A stretch of DNA of 64,000 nucleotides from a virus (Duplodnaviria; Caudoviricetes). Positions within the stretch are counted from its first letter, which is position 1; each line of letters opens with the position of its first letter. Both the position numbers and the translations under genes were made by a program. The stretch spans positions 8,418 through 72,417 of IMG/VR virus record IMGVR_UViG_2636415851_000001, one strand, 5' to 3'. The notes under the pieces are model-generated. The model did no database searches, had not been told where the DNA came from, and worked only from the letters and a program-made list of their open reading frames with translations. Below are positions 19,184 to 28,365 of this stretch, piece after piece.

Positions 19184-19298
19184 GGCGGGTCTCCGAAAGG
19201 TTGGACACCCCCTCAAGGAGAGGGCGCGAGGTAGACAATTATGGCGACCACTGCGATCGCCAGCAATCCCATCCAGAAGTGACGGTCCGGGTTCATGG

Positions 19299-20465
19299 TC
19301 ACACCCTCATCGGCATCAGCACATAGGTGATGCCCTCGAGCGCGCCGTCCTTGATGACCCCGGGTGAGCCGGCATCCTCGAGCTCCATCATTGTGCCGCC
19401 GTCCATCTGCCCGAGGATGTCGAGCAGGTAACCGGCATTGAATCCTACCTCGAGCTCGAAGTCGCAGGAGACGGGGATCTCCGTTGACGCGGTCCCGAAC
19501 TCTGGATCGCGGCAGGTGAGCATGAGGTGGCCGGGTCGGAAGGTGAGCTTCACCGCCTTGCCGCGCTCCGTCATGACGGCCGATGCCTGCTTCAGGGCGT
19601 CGATGAAGGGCGCCGTGTGGATGGACGGGCGGTTCTTGTTCGCCGTCGGCATGACCCGGCGGTAGTCGGGGAAGGTGCCGTCGATCTGCTTGGACTCGAG
19701 CAGTTCGTCCTCGCCGATCGCAAACGAGATGGCGCTGTCCGTCACCCGGATGAGCGTGTCCTCCGGGCAGCCCTTCCGCTTCAGCATGCGCAGCACCTCA
19801 CCGACCGTCTTTCGGGGGATGAGGACGCCCTTGCCCGGCATGGCGCCGGCCCCTGCGGGGACGTCCATCTCGTAGCAGCCGAGACGATGGCCGTCGGTGG
19901 TGACGAAGGTCAGCTTGTCGCGGATCTCGTTGATGTGCATGAAGACGCCGTTCAGGTAGTAGCGGGTCTCCTCCGTCGAGATGGCGAACTCGATCTTGGC
20001 GAGGATGGTGGCGAGCGTTGCCGACGGCAGCACGAAGGCGCAGTTCGACTGCTTCAGCTTCGCGCTGAAGCCGAGCTCGCTGACGAAGTTCTCCTCCTGG
20101 TGCGTCTGCTGCAGGGTGAGGTTGAGCTTGCCGATCGACGCGACAAGGCGGTCACCGTCCAGCACGAAGTTGATGTCGGCCGCATCCTTCACCTTGTCCA
20201 TCACCGCCTTCAGCTTGTGGGCATCGACGAGGGCAACGAAGTCGGACTCGACCTTGCCAGGCACGAAGGTGGTGGTGATCATGTCGCAGTCGGTGCCGGT
20301 GACCAGCGCCCCGTTGCGGGTCGCCTTGATCAGCATGGTCGACAGGATCGGGATCGTGTTGCGCTTGTCGATCACCTTGGTGGCGTTCAGCACGGCCTTC
20401 TTGAAAACCGAATAATCCAGTGATGCCGTCGATACGGTGGCGGCGATGTTCGCAATGGCGTTCAT
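19299..20465 (-). CDS. dnaN: DNA polymerase III beta sliding clamp
   Basis: RNTIPILS, FAISTEETRYYLNGVF, VTTDGHRL, IDGTFPDYRRV, VGFNAGYLLD, YVLMPMRV; start MNAIA at 20465 fits the SD. Confidence 0.95.
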   Translation of the reverse strand: MNAIANIAATVSTASLDYSVFKKAVLNATKVIDKRNTIPILSTMLIKATRNGALVTGTDCDMITTTFVPGKVESDFVALVDAHKLKAVMDKVKDAADINFVLDGDRLVASIGKLNLTLQQTHQEENFVSELGFSAKLKQSNCAFVLPSATLATILAKIEFAISTEETRYYLNGVFMHINEIRDKLTFVTTDGHRLGCYEMDVPAGAGAMPGKGVLIPRKTVGEVLRMLKRKGCPEDTLIRVTDSAISFAIGEDELLESKQIDGTFPDYRRVMPTANKNRPSIHTAPFIDALKQASAVMTERGKAVKLTFRPGHLMLTCRDPEFGTASTEIPVSCDFELEVGFNAGYLLDILGQMDGGTMMELEDAGSPGVIKDGALEGITYVLMPMRV

Positions 20466-20508
20466 GGGTCTCATCTCCTTGGGTCGCATGATTGCGGGGG
20501 TGGTCATG

Positions 20509-20534
20509 AAAAAAAGCCGGGCGCTTGGCCCGGC
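20509..20534 (-). terminator. intrinsic terminator upstream of dnaN
   Basis: - strand GCCGGGC-CAAGC-GCCCGGC followed by 7 T. Confidence 0.8.
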
Positions 20535-20541
20535 CTTTGGT

Positions 20542-20877
20542 TTAGGGGCGGACCCCTAAGTTTCGGAGGCGGTGCTTGTTGGCTGCCTCCATATCGGTGG
20601 CCTGCCGGCAGTAGCCGGAAGGGTTGGACTTGTGCCTCGCCACCTGGTGGAGCCGGCGCCCCTCCATCTCGCGGATGGTTTCCTGCCGTGACCAGCCGAG
20701 CCGCTTGCCTTCCGCCATGATGGCGTCGTTGATGGCGATCGGGTCGGCGGGGTAGCCGGGACATTCCATCGCCGTCACCCTCTGCTGGACGAGGAAGGCG
20801 AAGTCGGCGGTGTCGGCATAGGCTGAAGCCGGCATGGCTGCAGACAGGGCAAGCAGGGCAAGTCCAACGGTACGCAT
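20542..20877 (-). CDS. hypothetical secreted protein
   Basis: Signal peptide MRTVGLALLALSAAMPASAYA; AGGAGA SD. Confidence 0.7.
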   Translation of the reverse strand: MRTVGLALLALSAAMPASAYADTADFAFLVQQRVTAMECPGYPADPIAINDAIMAEGKRLGWSRQETIREMEGRRLHQVARHKSNPSGYCRQATDMEAANKHRLRNLGVRP

Positions 20878-20886
20878 GGAGGTCTC

Positions 20887-21066
20887 CTATGGCGGTGAAT
20901 GTTCAGCCGGATAGGAGAATGCCTCAACCTTCCCGAATTTCAACAGGGCGGAGTTGTGGTCCTTTAGGTGGCGGACGAACTCATCGGCCACTGCCGTGGT
21001 TGCGAGGCCGGGGTTGTCCGCCTGGATGGTCAGCTTGAGCTTGACCTCGACGATGTAGGTACGCAT
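20887..21066 (-). CDS. hypothetical protein
   Basis: MRTYIVEVKLKLTIQA; TGATG coupling to the upstream gene. Confidence 0.6.
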   Translation of the reverse strand: MRTYIVEVKLKLTIQADNPGLATTAVADEFVRHLKDHNSALLKFGKVEAFSYPAEHSPP

Positions 21067-21779
21067 CACGCAGCCCAATCGGACCGGGGCGTGAGGTTGT
21101 ACTTCTCGCCGAGCCACTTGACGAACTCGGCGGGATCCTCGTCCTGCTCCATGGCCTGCGTCACCCGCTCGGCATGGTCCGTGACCAGGTCGCCATAGCC
21201 CCACTGCTTTTCGGCTTCGGCACGGCATGCGGCAATGTAGTCGTCGGGACCGGGGCCCACCTTTTTGAAGTTGCGGCGCATGGGGTCGCTGTTGCGGGAC
21301 CGATCGGCAGCGATCATGGCGACAATGAAGGGTTTCAGGTCCGGGTCATACCGCCCTTTATCGAATTGGTTGTCATTGCAGAGGGCATCCCAATCCAGCT
21401 TGGCACAGATGCTCGGCACGAACTCGAAGTCGTAGGCGCCAATGAAGTCAAAGCCCATGGCCTCCATCAGCTTCCATGCGCGGTCGCAGATGTCGCCAGC
21501 CTGGATGGAAATCATCCGCATGCCGGGGCTGCCGACCCCGTCAAACCAGTCGTCGATGTCCTTGTTGGTAGCCCTCGAGTCCAGCATCCACTCGTAGACG
21601 CAGAGCGCTCCTTCAACCTGGGCGTAGGTGTAGGTGCGGCGGTTGGCGAAGCGCTCGGGCTCCGGCTTGGTCAGGATTACCTCGGCAAAATGCACCAGGG
21701 TGTCGTCGTCGTAGCCAGACTCGTGCTCGGCAACGATCTTCTGGACAAGGTTCAGGAGGGTTTCACGATCGATGGTCAT
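21066..21779 (-). CDS. hypothetical protein
   Basis: 237 aa ORF with SD and upstream hairpin motif. Confidence 0.75.
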   Translation of the reverse strand: MTIDRETLLNLVQKIVAEHESGYDDDTLVHFAEVILTKPEPERFANRRTYTYAQVEGALCVYEWMLDSRATNKDIDDWFDGVGSPGMRMISIQAGDICDRAWKLMEAMGFDFIGAYDFEFVPSICAKLDWDALCNDNQFDKGRYDPDLKPFIVAMIAADRSRNSDPMRRNFKKVGPGPDDYIAACRAEAEKQWGYGDLVTDHAERVTQAMEQDEDPAEFVKWLGEKYNLTPRSDWAA

Positions 21780-21821
21780 GTCTCTTCCTTTCGCATGGGT
21801 GCGGGGTGTTTCAGGGGGCGC

Positions 21822-22082
21822 TTACGGGCGCCCCTTGATGATGCTGTAGGCAGTGGCCTCCGCTACGGCGCGCGGGTCGATGCGGTCGGGCGAGAACGGC
21901 GTCCAGTAATCTTGCGATGCCGGGCGACTCATGGGGTGAACCTCATGCCGGAAGAACAACCGCTTGAGCGGGTCGAATGAAACATAGATCCCCGCGGGGC
22001 GGACGTTTGGCCTGAGAACGAGCTGCCCGTCCTTCCTGACATTCCAATAGTTCAAGTCGAGCTCCAAGGTTGGGTCAGCCAT
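21822..22082 (-). CDS. hypothetical protein
   Basis: MADPTLELDLNYWNVR; overlaps the upstream stop. Confidence 0.55.
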   Translation of the reverse strand: MADPTLELDLNYWNVRKDGQLVLRPNVRPAGIYVSFDPLKRLFFRHEVHPMSRPASQDYWTPFSPDRIDPRAVAEATAYSIIKGRP

Positions 22083-22380
22083 CGGGTGGTAACCGAAGAT
22101 CGCCGTGTTCCGCGAAGTGCTGCAGGTATGGGAGGAGATCCTTAACCATGTCCTGCGTGAGGTGCATCCGCGTGTTGAATACCGTGCCAGGCAGGAAGGG
22201 GTGCTGTGTCCAGCCTCGGTCGGGCAGAAGGATCTTCGGGTCGGCGTCGTCGCAGCCAAGCCAAAGAGACGCCTCGTTGGCGAGTGAGGACTCCTGCAGG
22301 CTACAGGACACGCCGGAGCGATCGACGAACTCAGCGACCACGAAGCCCCGTTGGGTGGTTTTCATCGCGAGAGGCATCAC
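22075..22380 (-). CDS. hypothetical phage protein
   Basis: TQRGF...F.DR.G..CSLQESSLA...LWLG...RMHLT pattern, familiar from small phage proteins. Confidence 0.7.
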   Translation of the reverse strand: MMPLAMKTTQRGFVVAEFVDRSGVSCSLQESSLANEASLWLGCDDADPKILLPDRGWTQHPFLPGTVFNTRMHLTQDMVKDLLPYLQHFAEHGDLRLPPDG

Positions 22381-22856
22381 TGAGTCTCCAGCTTGGTGCG
22401 CAGATCGAGAAGAGAGCTGCCGACTGAAGCCAGCCAGGCTGTCTGCTCCTCCTCAGTGTACCGGTACCAGTCTGCGCCCTCGTCATGCTCCTCGCATTCC
22501 TCGCCGTCCGGCCCGAGCCAGCGCCCTTCATCAATGCAGCCGGGGAGGATCTCCTCGATGACGGAAAGGACCATGGCCTTCTCCGCGCGCAGCCGTTCAA
22601 GCTCTGCCTTCGATCCCGTCGGCAGCAGCTCGGAATCGTCGGCCAGACCGTAGAGGGTGATGGCAGAGGAGATGAAGTCTTCACCTTCGAGCGGGATGTC
22701 CACGCCGTCCAGCATGTCGAGGGTGTCCGGTTTCTCAAGAGACCCCGCGTAGTCCGTAGAGACAGCAAGAGCTGCCTCCTCCTCGGTGTTGGCAGGGGTG
22801 TAGATGGTCATGCAGACCCATACCTCGGTGCCAATCAGTTCGCGTTCGTCATCCAT
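22377..22856 (-). CDS. hypothetical acidic protein
   Basis: Start MDDEREL at 22856 after AGGAGA SD and hairpin motif; D/E-rich. Confidence 0.7.
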   Translation of the reverse strand: MDDERELIGTEVWVCMTIYTPANTEEEAALAVSTDYAGSLEKPDTLDMLDGVDIPLEGEDFISSAITLYGLADDSELLPTGSKAELERLRAEKAMVLSVIEEILPGCIDEGRWLGPDGEECEEHDEGADWYRYTEEEQTAWLASVGSSLLDLRTKLETQ

Positions 22857-22891
22857 GATTGTTCTCCTGCGTGCCATGGTTGGCTGGTGTT

Positions 22892-23209
22892 TTACGAGAG
22901 AGGGAGGCAGCCCCGCGGGGCGGCCGCCATGATGTAGCGGTACTCGTCCGGACTGTTGCGTTTGAGCCAGTCCAAAGCCTCAGCTTCCAGGCCGCCCGGG
23001 TTCTTGTCCGCCTCGTAGCAAACGTGGTCCCAAACAGCGTCGTCGTCGGGAAAGATGCGCGCCTCGTCGTCCTTCTGGAGCTGGTACTCAGCGTTTACGG
23101 AGCCGTCGCAGTGGAAGATAGCCCAGCCGAGAGGCATAGAGCGCTCGTTGATCCTGTCCCGAAGCCTTTCCTGTGCATCTGCTAGAACGAGGTCTCCGAT
23201 GGAGGGCAT
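22892..23209 (-). CDS. hypothetical protein
   Basis: MPSIGDLVLAD start after GGAGGAG. Confidence 0.65.
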   Translation of the reverse strand: MPSIGDLVLADAQERLRDRINERSMPLGWAIFHCDGSVNAEYQLQKDDEARIFPDDDAVWDHVCYEADKNPGGLEAEALDWLKRNSPDEYRYIMAAAPRGCLPLS

Positions 23210-23210
23210 G

Positions 23211-23447
23211 TCACTCCTCCACCTTGGTGAGCTGATCGAAGGTCCATTCCTCGCCGTCCTCGTCGAGGAAGACGAAGCTGCCGCCGCGCTTGACCGGCTT
23301 CTGCTCGTCCCAAATGACGTCGCTGCCGTTGCCGTCGTACTCAACCTCCGTCCCGTCCTCCGATATGGACTCGAGGCCGACGATGCAGGGCACCTTCTCC
23401 AGAATGCAGGTGATCGGCATGCCGTTGGGTGCTTTGAACTTGGGCAT
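23211..23447 (-). CDS. hypothetical acidic protein
   Basis: 78 aa; GGAGG SD. Confidence 0.7.
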   Translation of the reverse strand: MPKFKAPNGMPITCILEKVPCIVGLESISEDGTEVEYDGNGSDVIWDEQKPVKRGGSFVFLDEDGEEWTFDQLTKVEE

Positions 23448-23448
23448 G

Positions 23449-23667
23449 TCACGCGCCCTCCGCTTCGCTATTGTTGCCGTAGATCGAAGCCTCCTCCTCG
23501 ATCTCGAGAACGTCGCCTCGTTGTGTGGTCATGAAGCCGTGGCCTTGGCCGCCAGCCTCAATGAAATTCTCGAGCGAGGTGAGCAGGTTCTCTGCGATCT
23601 TCCGACTGTCTGCATCGGCACTTGCTTCACCCTTAAACCGGAGGGTGATCCAGACTTCCTGGTCCAT
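23449..23667 (-). CDS. hypothetical protein
   Basis: MDQEVWITLRFKG start after AAGGAGA and hairpin motif. Confidence 0.7.
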   Translation of the reverse strand: MDQEVWITLRFKGEASADADSRKIAENLLTSLENFIEAGGQGHGFMTTQRGDVLEIEEEASIYGNNSEAEGA

Positions 23668-23698
23668 GTTGCGTCTCCTTCTTGCCATAGGTGGCGGG

Positions 23699-24871
23699 TT
23701 AGATGCTGATGTTGATGCACTCGCCGAACGGCGGCGATAGCGTGGCGACGTCCTTCGACGAGCGGCCATAGACACCCCACAGCACCGGCATGGGTGGCTC
23801 ATCGCCGAAGTCATAGACTCCCATATCGGTGAGGTAGATGCAGGCTCGAGCGTCTGGGAACTGGTCGGTGATCTTCTCGAAGGTATCCGAGAAGGCCGTG
23901 CCTCCACCGCCGGCGGGGTTGATGGTGAGCTCGTCGCCGTTCTCGAACTGGTCGATGCGGGCAACGGAGGCGTCGGCATAGATCACGGTCAGCTTGTCGA
24001 CCGCGCCTTCCTGATAGGCACCGTTCACCTCTGCGGCGAAGTCCTTCAGGATGTCGTTGTCGATCGAGCCGGATGTGTCGACGGCAATCACGATGTGGCT
24101 GACGCCGTCCGAGATCAGGCCCGGGGTGATGATGCCGTGCGGAATCATCCGACGGTTAGGCTTGTGCCAGGCAAAGTCCCTCGTCATGGACTCGTCGATG
24201 AAGCGCCGCAGCACCGCACGCCAGTCCACCTTGGGAGCAAGCAGCTCGTCTATCAGGCGGGAGAGGGAAGCCGGGAGCTTGCCGGCTTGCGCTGCCTTGG
24301 CAACCATGGCTGCCTGCCGGATCTTCGTCTGCATCTCGGCCTGCAGTTCTGCCTTGGCTGCCTCGTCGTTCTGCGGGCAGCCGTCAACCGTGGTGCCGCA
24401 GCCGCCCCTGTCGCCCTGTCCTTCGCTCGAGTCATCGCCATCGTTCTCGTCGTCGAGCAGACGGTAGATCTCTTCGGCAGACAGGCCGGTGTAGCGCGGG
24501 TCGATCAGGCCGATCTTCGGCATCTTGCCGACGCCGCAGGCAACGAGCTCGCCGTTGATGGCGTAGTCGCATGCGTCGTTGAAGCGGCCGGGCTTGCGGT
24601 GGCCGCGACGGATGTGGTGCTCGAGCGCATTGTGCATGACCTCGTGGGCACGGACGAAGACGACCTCGGGTACCGTCAGATCCTCGACGAACTTCGGGTT
24701 CCACCACAGGCGGCGGCCATCGGTTGCCATCGTGTCGATCTGCGGGTGGTCGGGCTCGACCTCGATCATCTCCAGCTGCGCATTGAGCACGCCGAAGAAT
24801 GGGTGGTCCCACAGAAGCGAGGTCTGCGCGGCGAGCATCTTGTCGGCCGGCGACAGTTTGGGCTGTGCCAT
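23699..24871 (-). CDS. DUF2201-type metallopeptidase + vWA domain protein
   Basis: TMATDG, AHEVMHNALEH (HExxH), N.ACDYAIN; vWA MIDAS VDTSGSI, GGGGTAF, IYLTD; start MAQPK at 24871. Confidence 0.9.
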   Translation of the reverse strand: MAQPKLSPADKMLAAQTSLLWDHPFFGVLNAQLEMIEVEPDHPQIDTMATDGRRLWWNPKFVEDLTVPEVVFVRAHEVMHNALEHHIRRGHRKPGRFNDACDYAINGELVACGVGKMPKIGLIDPRYTGLSAEEIYRLLDDENDGDDSSEGQGDRGGCGTTVDGCPQNDEAAKAELQAEMQTKIRQAAMVAKAAQAGKLPASLSRLIDELLAPKVDWRAVLRRFIDESMTRDFAWHKPNRRMIPHGIITPGLISDGVSHIVIAVDTSGSIDNDILKDFAAEVNGAYQEGAVDKLTVIYADASVARIDQFENGDELTINPAGGGGTAFSDTFEKITDQFPDARACIYLTDMGVYDFGDEPPMPVLWGVYGRSSKDVATLSPPFGECINISI

Positions 24872-24917
24872 TGCGGTTCTCCTTGATTGGGGTGGGGTGA
24901 TGGGGCAGGCCGTCACG

Positions 24918-25253
24918 TTATCGGTAAAGGAAGTCGCCGAAAGGTGAGGCGACCGCCGTCGCGGGTGCCGGATCCGGTAGGGAAGAGCGACTATCAGCCA
25001 GCGATGCGGCGATGCAGCGCGCCACCTCCTCCGGGCCGATAGCACGCTTGGCCAGCTCGATCTGCGCGGGGGTGACCGGCTTCTCCTTCTGCCAGGGGCT
25101 GACCTTGGTGTAGCGGCGCTTGGCCGTGCCGCTGAAGGCACGCTTCCTCGGGTCGTAGGTGATGTCGATCACCTGCAGCGCCGACTTCTTGCGGCGGTCG
25201 GTGACCTCCCATCGGTATTCGCCGCGCTTGCGGACATTGAAGCCGGTGGTCAT
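24918..25253 (-). CDS. hypothetical protein, paralog family member 1
   Basis: MTTGFNV start; IDITYDPRKRAFSG and AIGPEEVARCIAASL motifs. Confidence 0.7.
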   Translation of the reverse strand: MTTGFNVRKRGEYRWEVTDRRKKSALQVIDITYDPRKRAFSGTAKRRYTKVSPWQKEKPVTPAQIELAKRAIGPEEVARCIAASLADSRSSLPDPAPATAVASPFGDFLYR

Positions 25254-25639
25254 GAGGCTTTGATCCTTAATGCCAAGGCCATCGCCTTTGCGATGTCCTC
25301 CGGTGAGAGTTTCGATTTCAGGATGCTGGAGATCGTCCCTTCCATGACGGGGGAGTCGTCGAGCCATGCGTCGGGGTGAACGTCCTCGTTCTTCACCTCC
25401 CGCGGGATGCCGAGTTGGGCGAGACCGGATCGGTTGCGCTTTCCGTCGAGCTCGCCGATGGGGATGTTGCTGGCCGACCACTTGCGCTTGCGAGGGTCGA
25501 AGACCAGCACCCAATGGGCAGTCGTCTTGTCGCCGCGGATGCCGTTGAAGTACCAGCGGAGATCCGTGGTGGATGGAGAGCGCGGGGCTGTCTGCTCCGG
25601 ATGGAACGGGCCAAACACCTTGCGGATGATAGGCATCAT
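25250..25639 (-). CDS. hypothetical protein, paralog family member 2
   Basis: WVLVFDPRKRKWSA and KLSPEDIAKAMALAL motifs. Confidence 0.7.
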   Translation of the reverse strand: MMPIIRKVFGPFHPEQTAPRSPSTTDLRWYFNGIRGDKTTAHWVLVFDPRKRKWSASNIPIGELDGKRNRSGLAQLGIPREVKNEDVHPDAWLDDSPVMEGTISSILKSKLSPEDIAKAMALALRIKAS

Positions 25640-25983
25640 TTCCTCCCGTGGGTGAGGGACAGGGCGACGCAGCGCGCCACCTGTTCCGGGGTGAGTTGGG
25701 ACTTGAGCAAGTCCCTCAGCTTGCCGCTGCCGTTGACCTCACGGCCAAGCCCGAAGAGATCGCCGGGCTGCTGGAGCTTTCTCCATTGGCCCTCGTTCGG
25801 CGCCGCCCCGTTGGAGGCGCCGAACAGTCTCGTATGGGCGTGGTAGATGAGGCTCAACTTGCGAACCTCACCTCCCGTCGTGCGGCCGGCGAAGGTGAAG
25901 ACGATCTTGTCGTCTTTCGCCTTCACCTTGATGGGACCGAGCAGCCACACGATCGACGCGGCTGTCTCCCGTTCCTCAGCCAA
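25636..25983 (-). CDS. hypothetical protein, paralog family member 3
   Basis: LSLIYHAHTRLFGA and QLTPEQVARCVALSL motifs. Confidence 0.7.
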   Translation of the reverse strand: MAEERETAASIVWLLGPIKVKAKDDKIVFTFAGRTTGGEVRKLSLIYHAHTRLFGASNGAAPNEGQWRKLQQPGDLFGLGREVNGSGKLRDLLKSQLTPEQVARCVALSLTHGRK

Positions 25984-27007
25984 TGATCACGTCCTGATTT
26001 TCGGCAGACCAGTTGATGAAGGCCTGCGTGTGGGACAGGCCCGGGTCACGGCGCACCGCATCGACCATGAACATGATGCGGAAGTCGCGCGCCGGCAGCC
26101 GCTTCATGTAGGCGTCGGCATTGGCCAGCGTCCGCTGGTCGACCTTGCGTGCCAGACCTGCGGCGATGGCGAAGCGGGCCGAGACATCCTCCGGCAGCGG
26201 TGCGCTGTTCGGGTTGGCGAGCACCAGGTCGAGCGACGGCAGCCCCTGATAGACACGGACGAAGCCCTCGAACTCTGCCGCTGCACCATCGCCGACGATT
26301 CCGCTGACCAGAGAATAGCGGCGGCTGGTCTTCCTCTCCTTGTCTGCCTGCTCGCTCGGCTTGATGTACTTGAATGCCTCCTCCCATGCCCGGGGCGTCG
26401 GGAAGGCGCGCTGGTCTGGCGTGTCCGGCATCTTGTGGATCAGCTCCGGACGGAAGCGCAGGAAGGCGATGCCGATCGGGTCGACGCCCTTCTTGCTGAA
26501 GTGCATGAGGTGGACGTTGTCGTGGTTCGGGCTGAGGTCCGGATCCACATCGATGTGAGCGAAGCGGTTGGCGAGCGCCGTCGGCATGCGCTGTGCTGCG
26601 GCACGGTCCGACTGGCGGTTACCGGCTGCCACCACACGCCAGCCAGGCGGCAGGGTATAGTCGCCAACCTTGCGATCGAGAACCAGGCCGAACATGGCGG
26701 CCATCATCGAGGGAGGCGCGGCGTTCAACTCGTCGAGGAAGAGGATGCCTTCCTCGCCATCGCGCTCCACCTGCGGGAACTCGTCCGGCACCTTCCACTT
26801 AGTAGTGTCGCCGTGCAGATCCGGCAGACCCATGAGGGCGACCGAGTCACGGGTGGATGCGCGGAAGTCAACCAGTCCCCACTTGCGTTCCTTGGTAATC
26901 TGCGCCGTGGCCTGGGACTTGCCGATGCCGGGCGGTCCCCACAGGAAAGCCGGTGTGTTGCCGTCGAGATAATCCTGAAGGTTCAGAACAGCTGTGCCGA
27001 TGTGCAT
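25976..27007 (-). CDS. MoxR/CobS-like AAA+ ATPase
   Basis: GPPGIGKS Walker A, ILFLDELN Walker B, VVAAGNR sensor 1, ALANRF arginine finger, FPTPRAW. Confidence 0.92.
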   Translation of the reverse strand: MHIGTAVLNLQDYLDGNTPAFLWGPPGIGKSQATAQITKERKWGLVDFRASTRDSVALMGLPDLHGDTTKWKVPDEFPQVERDGEEGILFLDELNAAPPSMMAAMFGLVLDRKVGDYTLPPGWRVVAAGNRQSDRAAAQRMPTALANRFAHIDVDPDLSPNHDNVHLMHFSKKGVDPIGIAFLRFRPELIHKMPDTPDQRAFPTPRAWEEAFKYIKPSEQADKERKTSRRYSLVSGIVGDGAAAEFEGFVRVYQGLPSLDLVLANPNSAPLPEDVSARFAIAAGLARKVDQRTLANADAYMKRLPARDFRIMFMVDAVRRDPGLSHTQAFINWSAENQDVIIG

Positions 27008-27390
27008 GTCTTGTCTCCTTGGTGTGCCATGCGTGGCGGGGTTGGTAGCTGGCCGAGTAGCCGCACCCTTGTGAGGTCGGCGAAGTCGGCAGGGGAAAGC
27101 AACGTCTGCGCTGCAAGAGCGAGCTTGTCCCGGGGGAAGCGGGGAAAAGCGAGGTTCGGATATTCGTCGAAATTGGACGGTATCAGGTAGTCGTTGAAGT
27201 TGCTGGAGTGGGTGGGCACCCGACCGGGATAGACCGGACGGTGACGTGCCTTGACCCGCTTCTCGAAAGTGTCGACGTGCACCTCGTAGCGGTGGGTGAG
27301 GCCGGTCTCTTCCTCGTCAAAGGCGAACCAGAACTTCAGCTTGGTGCCGGTGATCTGCCGGGCGTAGGGACCGTAGAGCGCGCCCTTCAT
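26983..27390 (-). CDS. hypothetical protein, paralog family member 4 (divergent)
   Basis: YEVHVDTFEKRVKA and LLSPADFADLTRVRLL motifs. Confidence 0.6.
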   Translation of the reverse strand: MKGALYGPYARQITGTKLKFWFAFDEEETGLTHRYEVHVDTFEKRVKARHRPVYPGRVPTHSSNFNDYLIPSNFDEYPNLAFPRFPRDKLALAAQTLLSPADFADLTRVRLLGQLPTPPRMAHQGDKTCTSAQLF

Positions 27391-27393
27391 GGG

Positions 27394-27759
27394 TCACGTC
27401 CAGACGATGCGGTCAGGGAAGAGAACGACCGGGCCGGAGATGGCCGGGATGGACTCAGGATCAAGCCCGGGCTCGCGGGTCAGCGCATTGTTGCGGTAGA
27501 TCGCGGTGCCCCTGATGTTGCGGATGTGTCGACCGTTGATGCTCGACGTCTCGCCGACGAACATATCCCTACGGTTGCCCTCAAAGAGCACGGCCACATG
27601 CTCGAAAGGCTCGTCGAAAACTCCGGCCATCGCGCGCTTCAGCGCCTCGTAATTGGAGGACTTGCCGGCGATGGTGACGAGCCGTTCCTCGGTTGCGCCG
27701 AGCACCGGGATGATGAGCATTCGAGTTTGCGGAGGAGGCGGCTGTGTCAGCTTGCCCAT
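27394..27759 (-). CDS. hypothetical protein (DUF3846-like)
   Basis: MGKLTQ start; EHV..L....DMFVGE.....N..GTAIY...ISGPVVLF pattern. Confidence 0.65.
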   Translation of the reverse strand: MGKLTQPPPPQTRMLIIPVLGATEERLVTIAGKSSNYEALKRAMAGVFDEPFEHVAVLFEGNRRDMFVGETSSINGRHIRNIRGTAIYRNNALTREPGLDPESIPAISGPVVLFPDRIVWT

Positions 27760-27797
27760 TTCATTCTCCTGTCGTGCATGATTGCTGGGGTGAAAGT

Positions 27798-28196
27798 TTA
27801 GGGGATGGCGAGGTAGCCGGGGCCGTAGCACTGGCGGCATTCCAGCCTATCGAAATCGTAGCCGCGAGCAGCTGCACGATAGAGCATCATCAGCTGGCCC
27901 TCTCGCTGCCTAGTGCGGCGTAGCCGGCTGTTGATGGTCGGCTTGGCGTCTAGCTCATCGAGCGCGAACGTGCGGCCGCAAGCGTCGCAGCAAGCAGTCT
28001 CGACTATCTCGCACCCGCAAGTGATGCAGCGGTCGCCTCCGTCCATGGCAGTCTCGCCACAGTTTTCGCAGGACCACTCATCCTCGTCATCTTCATCGCC
28101 AAGGATGGGGTGCTCGTCACACTTGGGGTCTTGGACGAACTCGCGACCACGGAAAAAACATCCGCAACTGAGTGTCACGATGGAGGGGGAGGGCAT
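27798..28196 (-). CDS. hypothetical Cys-rich Zn-finger protein
   Basis: CENC, CITC, CDAC, CRQC; start MPSPS after AGGAGA. Confidence 0.7.
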   Translation of the reverse strand: MPSPSIVTLSCGCFFRGREFVQDPKCDEHPILGDEDDEDEWSCENCGETAMDGGDRCITCGCEIVETACCDACGRTFALDELDAKPTINSRLRRTRQREGQLMMLYRAAARGYDFDRLECRQCYGPGYLAIP

Positions 28197-28365
28197 GTCG
28201 TTCTCCTGTGGTGCATGATTGCGAGAGAAAGGGGACGCCACCTGGATGATGAGCGCCCCCCTCGTGTGTGCGGCGGAATAAGGGATTACTTCATGTCGAC
28301 CTCCGTTCGCTGTTGGTCCTCAGGGTGAAACCCTGCCCGGCAGTGCGGGCCAGGCAGGATTGGGA

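Noticed and set aside
24881-24900. Motif-like CACCCCACCCC-AATCA-AGGAGA before the vWA gene (similar partial cases near 14090, 18340, 29485, 30645)
   Set aside because: They lack the paired stem or the MNYA loop, so they are not counted among the 15 copies; possibly degenerate.
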